Origin: Candidatus Latescibacterota bacterium
Lineage (GTDB): Bacteria > Latescibacterota > UBA2968
Assembly (NCBI GenBank): GCA_965222605.1
Contig: OZ244960.1
Location: forward strand, 5,600,001 to 5,664,000
Direction of reading: 5' to 3'
Length of the DNA: 64,000 nucleotides
The notes under the pieces are model-generated. The model was not told where the DNA came from. It made no database searches and saw nothing but the letters and a program-made list of their open reading frames with translations. The first letter of the stretch is position 1, and every line of letters begins with the position of its first letter. The position numbers were made by a program, and so were the translations under genes. This document shows positions 9,115-19,180 of the stretch, piece after piece.

Positions 9115-10209
9115 ATGACCCGCCTGGATTTCAAAACGCAGATCGCCGCTGATCTCCTGACATGGTATCGCAAATATAAACGCGATTTGCCCTGGCGGCA
9201 GACAGACGACCCCTATCGCATCCTGCTGTCTGAGTTTATGCTCCAGCAAACGCAGGTCGATACTGTTATTCCCTATTACCATCGCTTTCTCGACCGATTT
9301 CCCACGGTTTACGACCTCGCGAATGCCTCACAGGATGATGTCCTCAAAGCCTGGGAAGGGTTGGGCTATTACGCCCGTGCCCGCAATTTGCACAAAGCCG
9401 CGCATTCTATTGCCACGGACTTTGGCGGCACAGTGCCCGATACTTACGACGAACTCAAATCTCTGCCAGGCTTTGGGCCTTATACCACAGCCGCAGTTTT
9501 GAGCATTGCTTATGATCGCGACCATGCCGTACTCGATGGCAATGTCATTCGCGTTGTCACGCGCCTTTTTGATATTGGTGACGACGTCACACAAACCCGC
9601 GTCAAAAACCAACTGTGGAATCTCGCCCAGGCCCTGTTGCCAAAAGGTGAAGCCGGCACCTACAATCAGGCGATTATGGAACTCGGCGCGATGGTCTGCA
9701 CCACTAAAAACCCGGCGTGCCATCAGTGTCCCGTGCAAAAATACTGTGCAGCGTACAGTGCAGGCAATCCGCAGCGTCTGCCCGTCAAAGCTAAAAAGAA
9801 ACCGCGTCCTCATCATACGCTGTGCGCGGGCATTGTGTGGCACAATGACAAAGTGCTCATTACCCAACGCCCGCAAAATGGCTTGCTCGGCGGGCTTTGG
9901 GAATTTCCCGCAGGAACGCAACAGGGTGGGGAATCTCTGCAAGACACATGCAGGCGCGGGATAAGAGAAACAGCAGGTATCGATGTCAAAATCAACGATC
10001 GCTACCGCACCGTCAAACACGCTTTTACGCACTTCAGCATCACCCTGCACACTTTCCAGTGTCATTATGTCAAGGGTAGAGCACGTCCCCTCATGTGTGA
10101 CAATCTCGCATGGGTTGTGCGTGCCGATTTCAACGCTTATGCTTTTTCCCGCACCAGCCGCAAACTCATTGACTATCTACAACAAGATGTCCAACCCGGC
10201 CTTTTTTGA
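9115..10209 (+). CDS. mutY: A/G-specific adenine glycosylase
   Basis: RDLPWR, SEFMLQQT, WEGLGYY, HhH LPGFGPYT, 4Fe-4S C-x6-C-x2-C-x5-C, NUDIX-like C-terminus. Confidence 0.97.
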   Translation: MTRLDFKTQIAADLLTWYRKYKRDLPWRQTDDPYRILLSEFMLQQTQVDTVIPYYHRFLDRFPTVYDLANASQDDVLKAWEGLGYYARARNLHKAAHSIATDFGGTVPDTYDELKSLPGFGPYTTAAVLSIAYDRDHAVLDGNVIRVVTRLFDIGDDVTQTRVKNQLWNLAQALLPKGEAGTYNQAIMELGAMVCTTKNPACHQCPVQKYCAAYSAGNPQRLPVKAKKKPRPHHTLCAGIVWHNDKVLITQRPQNGLLGGLWEFPAGTQQGGESLQDTCRRGIRETAGIDVKINDRYRTVKHAFTHFSITLHTFQCHYVKGRARPLMCDNLAWVVRADFNAYAFSRTSRKLIDYLQQDVQPGLF

Positions 10210-10236
10210 TTTGAACACAGTCTCTGGGAGGGTTTC

Positions 10237-11055
10237 ATGAAACTCGAAAACAAAATCGCGCTCATCACGGGCGCAGGATCGGGCATTGGCAAAGCCATTG
10301 CTCTCGAAATGGGCAGCGCAGGCGCGCATATCGCGGTTAATGATCTCACTGCCGAAACAGCCGAAACCACCGCACACCAGATCGAAGGCCTCGGCCGCGA
10401 AGCCCTCGTCATTCCCGCAGATGTGGCCGACTCGGATCAGGTCGAGAATATGGTTCAGCAGACGCTCAATCGCTTCGGACGCATTGATATTCTGGTCAAT
10501 AATGCCGGTGTGTACATTCCTCAAGAAGGCGGCGTTACAGCCATTACAGACGAAGCGTGGCAGCGCATTCTCGATGTCAATCTCAATGGGCCTTTTTATT
10601 GTAGTCGCGCCGTTGTCAAAGACATGATAGCGCGCAAGCAAGGCGGTAAAATTATCAACATTTCATCTGTTCAGGCCGAAGTCGCGCATTTTGACGCTTC
10701 TGCCTATCAGCCCTCTAAAGCCGCTGTGGTCATGCTCACGCGAACTCTTGCCGTGGAACTCGCCCCTTACAAAATCAATGTCAATGCCATTGGACCGGGA
10801 GCCATTGCATCCGAAGGCATGGGCGCGTCACTTGGTCCTGAAATTATCGAAGCCTACCGCAAACGCATTCCCTGGGGTGCTCGCGGATACACCCGCGATA
10901 TTGGAACTGTTGCCGCCTTTCTCGCTTCGGAAGACGCGCGCTATATCACGGGCCAAATCATCTATGTCGATGGCGGTTATTTGTCTGATAGCACACCGAC
11001 GGAACTAAAATCACAAGATCATCCCGTGCCGCCAGATGATCCGGATCCAAAATAA
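10237..11055 (+). CDS. SDR family oxidoreductase
   Basis: TGAGSGIG, NNAG, YQPSK. Confidence 0.92.
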   Translation: MKLENKIALITGAGSGIGKAIALEMGSAGAHIAVNDLTAETAETTAHQIEGLGREALVIPADVADSDQVENMVQQTLNRFGRIDILVNNAGVYIPQEGGVTAITDEAWQRILDVNLNGPFYCSRAVVKDMIARKQGGKIINISSVQAEVAHFDASAYQPSKAAVVMLTRTLAVELAPYKINVNAIGPGAIASEGMGASLGPEIIEAYRKRIPWGARGYTRDIGTVAAFLASEDARYITGQIIYVDGGYLSDSTPTELKSQDHPVPPDDPDPK

Positions 11056-11056
11056 T

Positions 11057-11803
11057 ATGATTCCAAAAAATCTCACCAATAGAACGGCCATTATCACCGG
11101 TGCCGCGCAGGGTATTGGAAAAGCCATTGCCATACGCCTTGCTGGGGCCGGAGCAACTGTGGCGATTGCCGACCTCAATCCCGACAGAGCACGCGAAACG
11201 GCTCGAGAAATCGGGACAGATGCATTGGCTCTGTCGCTCGATGTTGCAAATGCCGAGAGTGTACAAAATACCGTTGATGAATGTCTCGATATATGGGGGC
11301 GCATCGACATCCTCGTCAACAACGCGGGCATTGTGGGGCGCGATGTACCAGTCAAAGATCTCACGGAAGGGGACTGGGACCAGGTTCTCGATATCAATCT
11401 CAAGGGGACTTTTCTGTGTTCGCGCGCCGTGATTGCGCCTATGTTGAAACAAAAAAAGGGCGCTATAATCTCGGTTGCCTCCATAGCCGGCAAAGAAGGC
11501 AATCCCAGCATGGCACCCTATTCGGTCTCTAAAGCGGGTATTATATGTTTTACCAAAGCCCTGGCCAAGGAGCATCTCGAGGACAATATCCGCGTCAATT
11601 GCGTCTCGCCAGCCTTGATCGAAACGCCACTTTTGGCAGATGTGGAGCCAGAGCAACTCGATTACATGACTTCCAAAATTCCTCTCGGTCGCCTCGGCCA
11701 GCCGGAAGAAGTCGCCGCTGTTGTTCACTTTCTCGCATCCGACGATGCCTCTTTTGTGACCGGGCAGTGTTATGATGTCAGCGGTGGCAGGGCGACGTAT
11801 TGA
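11057..11803 (+). CDS. SDR family oxidoreductase (FabG-like)
   Basis: TGAAQGIG, NNAG, YSVSK. Confidence 0.92.
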   Translation: MIPKNLTNRTAIITGAAQGIGKAIAIRLAGAGATVAIADLNPDRARETAREIGTDALALSLDVANAESVQNTVDECLDIWGRIDILVNNAGIVGRDVPVKDLTEGDWDQVLDINLKGTFLCSRAVIAPMLKQKKGAIISVASIAGKEGNPSMAPYSVSKAGIICFTKALAKEHLEDNIRVNCVSPALIETPLLADVEPEQLDYMTSKIPLGRLGQPEEVAAVVHFLASDDASFVTGQCYDVSGGRATY

Positions 11804-11809
11804 TAGAAT

Positions 11810-11974
11810 TTACCCGAGCGGTCGCGCACTGAATACTTCTCTCAAATAGAGAACGACCCACCCGATAGCTGTCACCGCTATTGCTACGCCCACGGCAATC
11901 AGACACAGCAGCCATCCCGGAGGTCGGGTATCTGGATCGTGATAGGGGTTTCGTCGGGGATCGTCCCAGCGCAT
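11810..11974 (-). CDS. small single-pass membrane protein (54 aa), below ORF-track cutoff
   Basis: MRWDDPRRNPYHDPDTRPPGWLLCLIAVGVAIAVTAIGWVVLYLREVFSARPLG*; AGGA upstream. Confidence 0.55.
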   Translation of the reverse strand: MRWDDPRRNPYHDPDTRPPGWLLCLIAVGVAIAVTAIGWVVLYLREVFSARPLG

Positions 11975-12004
11975 GGTAGAGTCCTGAGTGGTGTATAATT
12001 GCTG

Positions 12005-12163
12005 TTATTGGAAGATATAAAATTCTGCAATGACAGGATCAATGCCGCGCACATAGAGCAATAAGATTATTGCGAGAATAATGAAGATAGCGACGCAGAG
12101 GAGAACAAACCCATTTTTCTGATACCATTTGGGGCGGTGGGGGGGGATATTGGGATCGCTCAT
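12005..12163 (-). CDS. small single-pass membrane protein (52 aa), below ORF-track cutoff
   Basis: MSDPNIPPHRPKWYQKNGFVLLCVAIFIILAIILLLYVRGIDPVIAEFYIFQ*; ATGA overlap with rdgB stop. Confidence 0.6.
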   Translation of the reverse strand: MSDPNIPPHRPKWYQKNGFVLLCVAIFIILAIILLLYVRGIDPVIAEFYIFQ

Positions 12164-12765
12164 GGTATGGATGCGCTGAAAAGGTCGAGAATGAAGGGCA
12201 AGATGGCACGCAGAGCTTGGCCCCGATGGCTGAGGCGATTTTTTTCGTCAGAAGATAGCTCGGCGGAAGTGGCGTTGTGGGTGGAAACGTAAAAGAGCGG
12301 ATCGTAACCAAAGCCATTCACGCCTCGGGGTGTTGTGAGGATGCGGCCATCCCATATAGCCTCGGCGGTTTGTACGCGGCCATCGGGTGTGGCGAGGGCC
12401 ATCGCGCAGCAGAAGTGCGCGGTGCGCTGACTTGCGGGAATTCCGCGCAGGTTTTCGACGAGTTTGTCGTTATTTGCCTTATCCGTGGCATCTTTCCCGG
12501 CGTAACGCGCAGAATACACGCCGGGCGCGCCATTTAAGGCGTCAACCACAAGGCCCGAGTCATCGGCCAAAGCAGGCAAGCCCGTGTATTTTGCAATTTC
12601 ACGGGCTTTTTTTCTGGCATTGGCTTCAAAGGTGTTGCCGTCTTCGATCACTTCGGGCGCGTTGGGAAATGCATCGAGCGATAGTACCTGAATATCAGAG
12701 CCGAGCATGTCCTGGATTTCCCTGCGCTTGCCTTGATTGCGGGTGGCGAGTATGAGGGTAGGCAT
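12160..12765 (-). CDS. rdgB: dITP/XTP pyrophosphatase (Ham1 family)
   Basis: LATRNQGK, ADDSGL, APGVYSAR, GFGYDP, SHRG. Confidence 0.96.
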   Translation of the reverse strand: MPTLILATRNQGKRREIQDMLGSDIQVLSLDAFPNAPEVIEDGNTFEANARKKAREIAKYTGLPALADDSGLVVDALNGAPGVYSARYAGKDATDKANNDKLVENLRGIPASQRTAHFCCAMALATPDGRVQTAEAIWDGRILTTPRGVNGFGYDPLFYVSTHNATSAELSSDEKNRLSHRGQALRAILPFILDLFSASIP

Positions 12766-12776
12766 AGGTTTGACTA

Positions 12777-13493
12777 CTATTGCGCCAAAACATCTTGCTG
12801 GAGTTGAGTGATTTCGGAGATGCCCTTTCGGGCGAGGGCGATCATGTGTTGCATCTGGTCGCAAGTAAAGGGTTTCCCTTCGGCTGTGCCCTGTACCTCG
12901 ACAAAGTTGCCCTGACCGGTCATGACGATATTCATATCGACTTCGGCGGTTGCATCTTCGGCATAACACAAATCGAGCATGGGCGTATTGCCAATGATGC
13001 CCACGCTGACGGCTGCGACGGAATCGCCGAGAGGGTTTTCTGTAATACTATTCTCATTTTTGAGCTTGTCAATCGCATCGACGACTGCAACATAAGCCCC
13101 CGAAATTGAGGCTGTGCGGGTGCCGCCGTCGGCTTGTAACACATCGCAGTCGATCCAGAGGGTGCGCGTGCCGAGTTTTTTGAGGTCGATCACGGCGCGT
13201 AGTGCGCGGCCAATAAGGCGTTGAATTTCCTGGGTTCGGCCTTTGTTACCGCGTGTTTCGCGCTCGCTGCGCGTATGGGTCGAACGGGGCAACATGGCGT
13301 ATTCCGCCGTGATCCAGCCCGTGTTTTTGCCCACGAGAAAATGGGGTACACGGTCTTCAACACTCGCTGTGCATATAACGTGTGTGTCACCCATTTTGAT
13401 CAGTGCCGATCCTTCGGCGTGTTTCATGAATCCGCGTTCAATACTCACGGGACGCAACTGATCGGGGCGGCGTCCATCTATGCGCTGGCTCAT
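12777..13493 (-). CDS. rph: ribonuclease PH
   Basis: [28 protein letters not shown]. Confidence 0.97.
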   Translation of the reverse strand: MSQRIDGRRPDQLRPVSIERGFMKHAEGSALIKMGDTHVICTASVEDRVPHFLVGKNTGWITAEYAMLPRSTHTRSERETRGNKGRTQEIQRLIGRALRAVIDLKKLGTRTLWIDCDVLQADGGTRTASISGAYVAVVDAIDKLKNENSITENPLGDSVAAVSVGIIGNTPMLDLCYAEDATAEVDMNIVMTGQGNFVEVQGTAEGKPFTCDQMQHMIALARKGISEITQLQQDVLAQ

Positions 13494-13508
13494 AAATGCT
13501 CCTTGTTC

Positions 13509-14291
13509 TTACCGCGGATCGAACCAGTTTTTTTCGGGGTTGTCCAATTCGCGAAAGTCGTGCCCCGTGACGTGAATAATTTTACACATTTCGAGAAAAC
13601 GAGAATAGATGCGACCCTGCGCGAGGTCTTTCAATTCATCGACTTTCTGATTTGTGGTCACAAAGGTCAGGCGTTGATTGGCATAGCGGGCGTCAATGAG
13701 GTTGTAGAGGATTTCCATTTCCCATTCGGTATTGCGCTGCACGCCAAAGTCGTCGATGACGAGATAGGGAACATTGCTCAACACGTCAATCATGGGCATG
13801 GCCTGCCCATGTGTGTCACTGCTTTCGTCAAATGTGCGTCTGATTTCGTGAAAGCTCTTTGAGAGTGAGATGAATTTGCCGGGTTTTACAAATCGAAAAA
13901 TGAGTTCGTTGAGCAAGATATAGGCAAAATAGGTTTTTCCTCGACCTGGCTCACCCCACAAATAGAAGCCTTCAATCGATTTTTCTGTTTTAGTGAGAAT
14001 TTTATCGTACAATGCCTCAAAATGTTGTTTGAGTAATTTCGCTCCTGGGATGGGCTGCCCATTCTCATACTGCTCCTTAAAGTCTCGTAAGAACTTAAAG
14101 CGAAATCGATCAGGAATGCCCGATTGGCGGATGTATTTGTCAATGTGAATAATCTTCATCCGAAAGGGATAACACGGGCACCAGGTGGGTTCGCCGCTTT
14201 TTGCATCCATGACCATAAAAGGCGACTTGCCGCCGCATCGACAGTGTTCGAGGACTTTTTGAGAAAGTTTGATTTCGCCGTGAAGCCCCAT
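13509..14291 (-). CDS. DnaC/IstB-like AAA+ ATPase with N-terminal Cys cluster (true start may be upstream, ~14366)
   Basis: CRC...CPC, Walker A GEPGRGKT, Walker B LVIDDFG, TTN, RIYSRF...G.DFR. Confidence 0.85.
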   Translation of the reverse strand: MGLHGEIKLSQKVLEHCRCGGKSPFMVMDAKSGEPTWCPCYPFRMKIIHIDKYIRQSGIPDRFRFKFLRDFKEQYENGQPIPGAKLLKQHFEALYDKILTKTEKSIEGFYLWGEPGRGKTYFAYILLNELIFRFVKPGKFISLSKSFHEIRRTFDESSDTHGQAMPMIDVLSNVPYLVIDDFGVQRNTEWEMEILYNLIDARYANQRLTFVTTNQKVDELKDLAQGRIYSRFLEMCKIIHVTGHDFRELDNPEKNWFDPR

Positions 14292-14369
14292 TTTGACATG
14301 GGTGTCGTAGTAATAGCCAGGGTCATTGGAGGGGAGGTCAATGACTATTGTGTGTGCAGATGTGATGAT

Positions 14370-14840
14370 TTACCTCCCACTTTGGATGCGTGTCTTCAGC
14401 GCTTGTTCGACTTCGCGCTGGGCATCTCGGAGGGCAATGTCGCGCCGCTTGTCAAATTGTTTTTTGCCGCGTGCCACGCCGAGTTCGACTTTGGCTTTGC
14501 CGCGTTTGAAATAGAGTTTGAGGGGAATTAATGTGTGGCCTCTTTCGTTGACATATCCCCTCAGGCGATTGATTTCATGGCGATGGAGCAGCAATTTGCG
14601 TTTGCGCTCAGTGTCGTGATTAAACTGGTTGCCCTGTGCATATTCGCTGATATGCGTGTTGTGCAAATAAGCTTCTCCGCCCTCAATACGCGCGTAGCCA
14701 TCTTTCAAATTGGCCCGGCCTTCGCGCAGAGCTTTGACTTCTGTGCCTCGCAATTGCAAGCCGGCTTCATAAGTGCTGAGGATGTGGTAGTCGCGCCGTG
14801 CTTTTCGGTTTTGCGCGATAATTTTGATGTTGTCTGGCAT
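14370..14840 (-). CDS. smpB: SsrA-binding protein
   Basis: [34 protein letters not shown]. Confidence 0.98.
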   Translation of the reverse strand: MPDNIKIIAQNRKARRDYHILSTYEAGLQLRGTEVKALREGRANLKDGYARIEGGEAYLHNTHISEYAQGNQFNHDTERKRKLLLHRHEINRLRGYVNERGHTLIPLKLYFKRGKAKVELGVARGKKQFDKRRDIALRDAQREVEQALKTRIQSGR

Positions 14841-14852
14841 TAGCACCTCCGC

Positions 14853-15683
14853 TTATATATCAGGCTGAAGGATGTGCATGAGATTTTCGAGTTTTTTTGC
14901 GCGGTTTGGGTCGTCCAGGTTTAGATACGTATATCTGAGGTTGTTCATCATGCGAAAGAGTGTGAAGCTGTTGCTGGCTTCAGCAAAAAGATCGTCTGGA
15001 ATTTCTGCACCAATGAGGTCGGTGCATTCATTTGCCGTGAGGATCTGCCCCCGATTGTGCGGGTCAATATAAATATGTTGATCGTTTTGGGTGTATTTGA
15101 CGATGTAGTGCTTGGGTAAGGCAACGCCTGAGATGGATAATTCCAGGCGTTGTGCGAGAATGAGATAGACCGCTGAAAGCGTGATCGGCCAGCCGCGTTT
15201 GCGATCGAGCACGCGGTTGAAATACGTGTCGTCGGGATCATGGCGGGTAGATGCGTGAAACCCTTGCTCGTCAAAGAGATAATGATTGAGCGTGCGAATG
15301 ATGCGAATGGGATGATCGTCGGGAGCAATCCTGGGCGCGAGTTCAAAGGCCATGTATCCCAGGCGCGTTTTGTAAGTACTTTCATCGAGGTCGGGATATC
15401 CGAATCGCGCCAGTGCAAAGACGCCTTCTTCGAGGGCAATATCGCCGTGTTGATCGCGGGTGAGATTGCGAAACCTCATGTCGAGAGAAGGTTCTCTAAA
15501 TCGCCTGAGCACGCGGCTGACTTCTCGGTGTGCGCGTGAGTCATCGGCACAGGCACTGTGGATTTCGCGTGTGGCTTTCTCTCCCAGATCATACAGTTTT
15601 TGGCGCAGGCGATCCGCAATGTCGGGGGAGCAGTCCGATAGAAGCGATACAATGGCGCGGATTTGTTCGGGATGGAGTTTCAT
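14853..15683 (-). CDS. transglutaminase-like / SirB1 family protein
   Basis: VLDRKRGWPITLS, GVALPKH, YIDP, RMMNNL. Confidence 0.8.
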   Translation of the reverse strand: MKLHPEQIRAIVSLLSDCSPDIADRLRQKLYDLGEKATREIHSACADDSRAHREVSRVLRRFREPSLDMRFRNLTRDQHGDIALEEGVFALARFGYPDLDESTYKTRLGYMAFELAPRIAPDDHPIRIIRTLNHYLFDEQGFHASTRHDPDDTYFNRVLDRKRGWPITLSAVYLILAQRLELSISGVALPKHYIVKYTQNDQHIYIDPHNRGQILTANECTDLIGAEIPDDLFAEASNSFTLFRMMNNLRYTYLNLDDPNRAKKLENLMHILQPDI

Positions 15684-17557
15684 ACAGGTGTACCGCGTTT
15701 TTTGATCATGATCATAAGTAGAGCAATATCCGCAGGCGAAATGCCGGGAATGCGAGATGCCTGCCCCAGTGATCGGGGTCTGATGCGGGTGAACTTTTCA
15801 ACAGCTTCATTTCGCAAAGCCGCAATGGCATCATAGTCAAAGTTTTCGGGAATGTGTTTTTTTTCCAAATTGTGAAAGCGTTGCACCTGTTCTTCTTGTC
15901 GGTCGAGATATCCTTCGTATTTGAGTTCAATTTCGACCGATTCACACACATCCTCGGGCAGGGTTTCAGCAGCAGGTGACAATTGTGTGACAATGTCGTA
16001 AGATAATTCTGGGCGCCGCAAAAGTTCGGCGAGTGTCACCGCGCGTTTCAACGGGGAAGAATGCGACGCTTTGAGTGTTGTTTGAACATTGTCAGTTGGG
16101 GTGAGGCGCGTTGATCGCAGCCGTTCGATTTCTTCATCGATTTGTCGTTTGCGTTTGCAAAAGCGGTTATACGCCTCGTTGGAGAGCAGGCCAATTTTTC
16201 GTCCGAGTTCGCATAGACGCAAATCCGCGTTGTCCTGCCGCAAGAGCAGGCGATATTCGGCCAGTGAGGTAAACATGCGATAGGGTTCTTCTGTGCCTTT
16301 GGTCACGAGGTCGTCAATTAGCACGCCGATATAAGCCTGCGAGCGATCCAGGATTATGGGATCGTCGTCCCGGGCTGTTAAGGCGGCGTTGATGCCCGCC
16401 ATAATCCCCTGTCCAGCGGCTTCTTCGTATCCAGTGGTGCCGTTGATTTGCCCCGCAAAAAACAGACCGGCGATGGGTTTGGTTTCCAGGGTGGGATGGA
16501 TTTGCGTTGGAGGCACATAGTCGTATTCGACGGCATAGGCCGGGCGCATGATCTCGGCTCGTTCGAGACCGGGAATGCTGCGTACAACCTCGACCTGCAC
16601 ATCTTCGGGCAGGCTCATCGACAGGCCATTGAGATAGACTTCAAGGGTGTGATACCCTTCGGGCTCGAGGAATATTTGATGCCCTTCTTTGTCGGGAAAA
16701 CGCACAATTTTGTCCTCTACCGAGGGGCAATATCGAGGTCCTACACCCTGGATGCGTCCGCTGTACATGGCCGAGCGATCCAGATTGCTGCGAATAATAT
16801 CGTGCGTTTTTTGCACGGTCATTGTGAGATGACAGCTTAGTTGCTCTTGCTCAATGCAGTCGGTATGGTAGGAAAAGGGGCGGGGATCGGTATCGCCGGG
16901 TTGCTCTTCGCATGTGTCAAAGTCGATGCTGCGCGCATTGACGCGCGGTGGCGTGCCAGTTTTGAGCCGCCCGAGTTCAAAGCCGAGTTGCGAGAGGCCG
17001 TCAGATGCTTTGTCGGCTGCTTGCTCACCTGCGCGACCCGCGCTGTAGGAAAAATCGCCCACATGAATGAGGCCCTTGAGGAAGGTGCCCGTGGTCAGAA
17101 TTACGGTTTTGGTGGCAAAAACCGTTTTGGCTTTGGTGACCACGCCCTCAATGCGTCTATTTTTGACCACGAGATCTTCGAGTAAGCCCTGTTTGACATC
17201 GAGGTATGGCTGGTTTTCGACTATTTCTTTCATGCGAAACTGATATGCTTTTTTATCAGCCTGCGCCCGGGGAGCCTGTACGGCGGGGCCTCTGCGCCGA
17301 TTGAGCATGCGAAATTGCAGCCCCGTATCGTCAATATTGCGAGCCATTTCACCGCCCAGAGCATCAATTTCGCGCACCATATGGCCTTTTGCAATGCCGC
17401 CAATGGCCGGGTTGCACGACATCTGTGCGATGGTGTCGAGGTTCATGGTCAGCAGCAGCGTTTCACAGCCCATGCGCGCTGAGGCCAGTGCGGCTTCTGC
17501 TCCCGCATGTCCACCGCCAACAACAATGACGTCGTATTTTTTATCGTAGGTCCACAT
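15680..17557 (-). CDS. mnmG: tRNA uridine-5-carboxymethylaminomethyl modification enzyme MnmG/GidA
   Basis: GGGHAG, MSCNPAIGG, GPRYCPS, GQINGTTGYEEA. Confidence 0.98.
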   Translation of the reverse strand: MWTYDKKYDVIVVGGGHAGAEAALASARMGCETLLLTMNLDTIAQMSCNPAIGGIAKGHMVREIDALGGEMARNIDDTGLQFRMLNRRRGPAVQAPRAQADKKAYQFRMKEIVENQPYLDVKQGLLEDLVVKNRRIEGVVTKAKTVFATKTVILTTGTFLKGLIHVGDFSYSAGRAGEQAADKASDGLSQLGFELGRLKTGTPPRVNARSIDFDTCEEQPGDTDPRPFSYHTDCIEQEQLSCHLTMTVQKTHDIIRSNLDRSAMYSGRIQGVGPRYCPSVEDKIVRFPDKEGHQIFLEPEGYHTLEVYLNGLSMSLPEDVQVEVVRSIPGLERAEIMRPAYAVEYDYVPPTQIHPTLETKPIAGLFFAGQINGTTGYEEAAGQGIMAGINAALTARDDDPIILDRSQAYIGVLIDDLVTKGTEEPYRMFTSLAEYRLLLRQDNADLRLCELGRKIGLLSNEAYNRFCKRKRQIDEEIERLRSTRLTPTDNVQTTLKASHSSPLKRAVTLAELLRRPELSYDIVTQLSPAAETLPEDVCESVEIELKYEGYLDRQEEQVQRFHNLEKKHIPENFDYDAIAALRNEAVEKFTRIRPRSLGQASRIPGISPADIALLMIMIKKRGTPV

Positions 17558-17585
17558 ATTTGTTTTTATCGCTGATACTCGTCTG

Positions 17586-18602
17586 CTATGCCTGTGTGCC
17601 AATCGCCAGAAGATGATCGTTTTGGGATTCGCTTTGTATTGTTTCAACTTCAAATCCCAGGTCAGCAATCATCTGGTGTGTATCTTTTACATCCAGGCCA
17701 CCTGTGGTCAAATACCCTTCCATAAAGAGTGAGTTAGCCGGGTACAGTGCCAGGGGTTGGAGAGATCGGAGATTTTTTTCTCGACCACCTGCCACGCGAA
17801 TTTCGGTTGATGGGTTGACAAAGCGGAATAGACACAATGCGCGCAGACAATCGTGTGGGGTCAGAGAATTTTGATTCGACAGGGGCGTTCCCGCGATGGG
17901 GTGTAAGAAATTGACGGGAATGGAGTTGACGCCGAGGTCGCGCAAAGACAGGGCCATATCAATGATGTCATCGTGGGTTTCCCCCATGCCGATAATGCCG
18001 CCGCTGCACGTATCCAGGCCCGCTTTTTGGATGTTGTACAGGGTTTTCAGGCGGTCTGCGTAGGTATGTGTGGATACAATATGCGGGGTATGCGCTTTGC
18101 TGGTGTTGAGGTTGTGATTGACGCGATCGACACCGGCGTCTTTTAAGCGCTGTGCTTTTTCGCCCGTCAGCAAGCCCAAACAACAACAGATGTCGATATT
18201 TACTTCCCGTTTGATCTGGCGGACTACACCTGTAATGGCATCAACTTCATTATCAGTGGGCGCGCGTCCGCTCGTAACAATGCAGTAGCGATACGCACCA
18301 TTTTCTTTAGCTTTGCGGGCTGCATCTATCATTTCACGGGCTGGTCGCAGGGGATATTTATCAATCGGTGCATTTGAGACGGCCGATTGCGAGCAATAGG
18401 CGCAGTCTTCGGGACACAAGCCACTTTTGGCATTCATCAGCACATGAATGTGTACTTTGCTCCCAAAATAATGATGGCGCACCTGGTATGCCGCGTGTAG
18501 AAGCGGCAGAATATCGCGATCAGGCGTTTGAAGAACAGCGTGCATTTCTGCGGTTGATAAGTTGGTCCCGGAGAGGGTCTTTTGGGTATAAGAGGTGTAC
18601 AT
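17586..18602 (-). CDS. bioB: biotin synthase
   Basis: Radical SAM CPEDCAYC, NHNLNT, SIPVNFL, AGGRE. Confidence 0.95.
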   Translation of the reverse strand: MYTSYTQKTLSGTNLSTAEMHAVLQTPDRDILPLLHAAYQVRHHYFGSKVHIHVLMNAKSGLCPEDCAYCSQSAVSNAPIDKYPLRPAREMIDAARKAKENGAYRYCIVTSGRAPTDNEVDAITGVVRQIKREVNIDICCCLGLLTGEKAQRLKDAGVDRVNHNLNTSKAHTPHIVSTHTYADRLKTLYNIQKAGLDTCSGGIIGMGETHDDIIDMALSLRDLGVNSIPVNFLHPIAGTPLSNQNSLTPHDCLRALCLFRFVNPSTEIRVAGGREKNLRSLQPLALYPANSLFMEGYLTTGGLDVKDTHQMIADLGFEVETIQSESQNDHLLAIGTQA

Positions 18603-18634
18603 AGTATGTCCTGAATGTCTATACTTTTTTGTGG

Positions 18635-18840
18635 TTATCGATAAAATGCAAGGCCGAGGGCTGCGGTTACAACAATGGCCAGAGCGAGATGAAGATTGAG
18701 AAAATTGATGGCTACAAAAGCAGCGATCGCAGCATTGCGATCGCCAACTTCTTCTTGAATGAGGGGAATCATCGAAGGACCGCCGCCATAAGCAAAACGC
18801 CGACTTTGGTGAAAGAAACAAACAGGTGCCACAGCTTCAT
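18635..18840 (-). pseudogene. chromate transporter (ChrA short-chain) remnant, frameshifted and internally deleted
   Basis: MKLWHLFVSFTKVGV / 1-nt shift / AYGGGPSMIPLIQEEV joined directly to a C-terminal TM segment. Confidence 0.75.
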
Positions 18841-19120
18841 TAAGGTGCTCCTTGTAAGCGTAACAGATTGTTAAACATCAATGTTATGAATAGAATTGCT
18901 TCTTGTGGCGAAGTGGGAATATATCCATTTCACGCTTATGAGACAAGGTAAATCACATCGGGAATAGTCGAAATTGCTAGCTGATTTTACATTGGATTTT
19001 TTGGTCAGATTTTTTACATTTGAGCACGATTTTGTTGTGCGTCAATCTATTTTTGTGTAATTGTGCGGGAAGACGGCGCAATAGAAATGGAATAAGATCT
19101 GGTTTAATCTTTATTTATCG

Positions 19121-19149
19121 TTGACAATTTCGGACCTTTTTCCTATTAT
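19121..19149 (+). promoter_or_regulatory. sigma70-type promoter
   Basis: TTGACA-17-TATTAT. Confidence 0.7.
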
Positions 19150-19180
19150 GCCCGCTCTTTTTTAGCGGCGATTTACTCCC

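Noticed and set aside
13509-14291. IS21 element (IstB)
   Set aside because: No IstA transposase or inverted repeats; embedded in a housekeeping operon
14292-14369. tmRNA next to smpB
   Set aside because: Gap is only 78 nt with no tRNA-like ends
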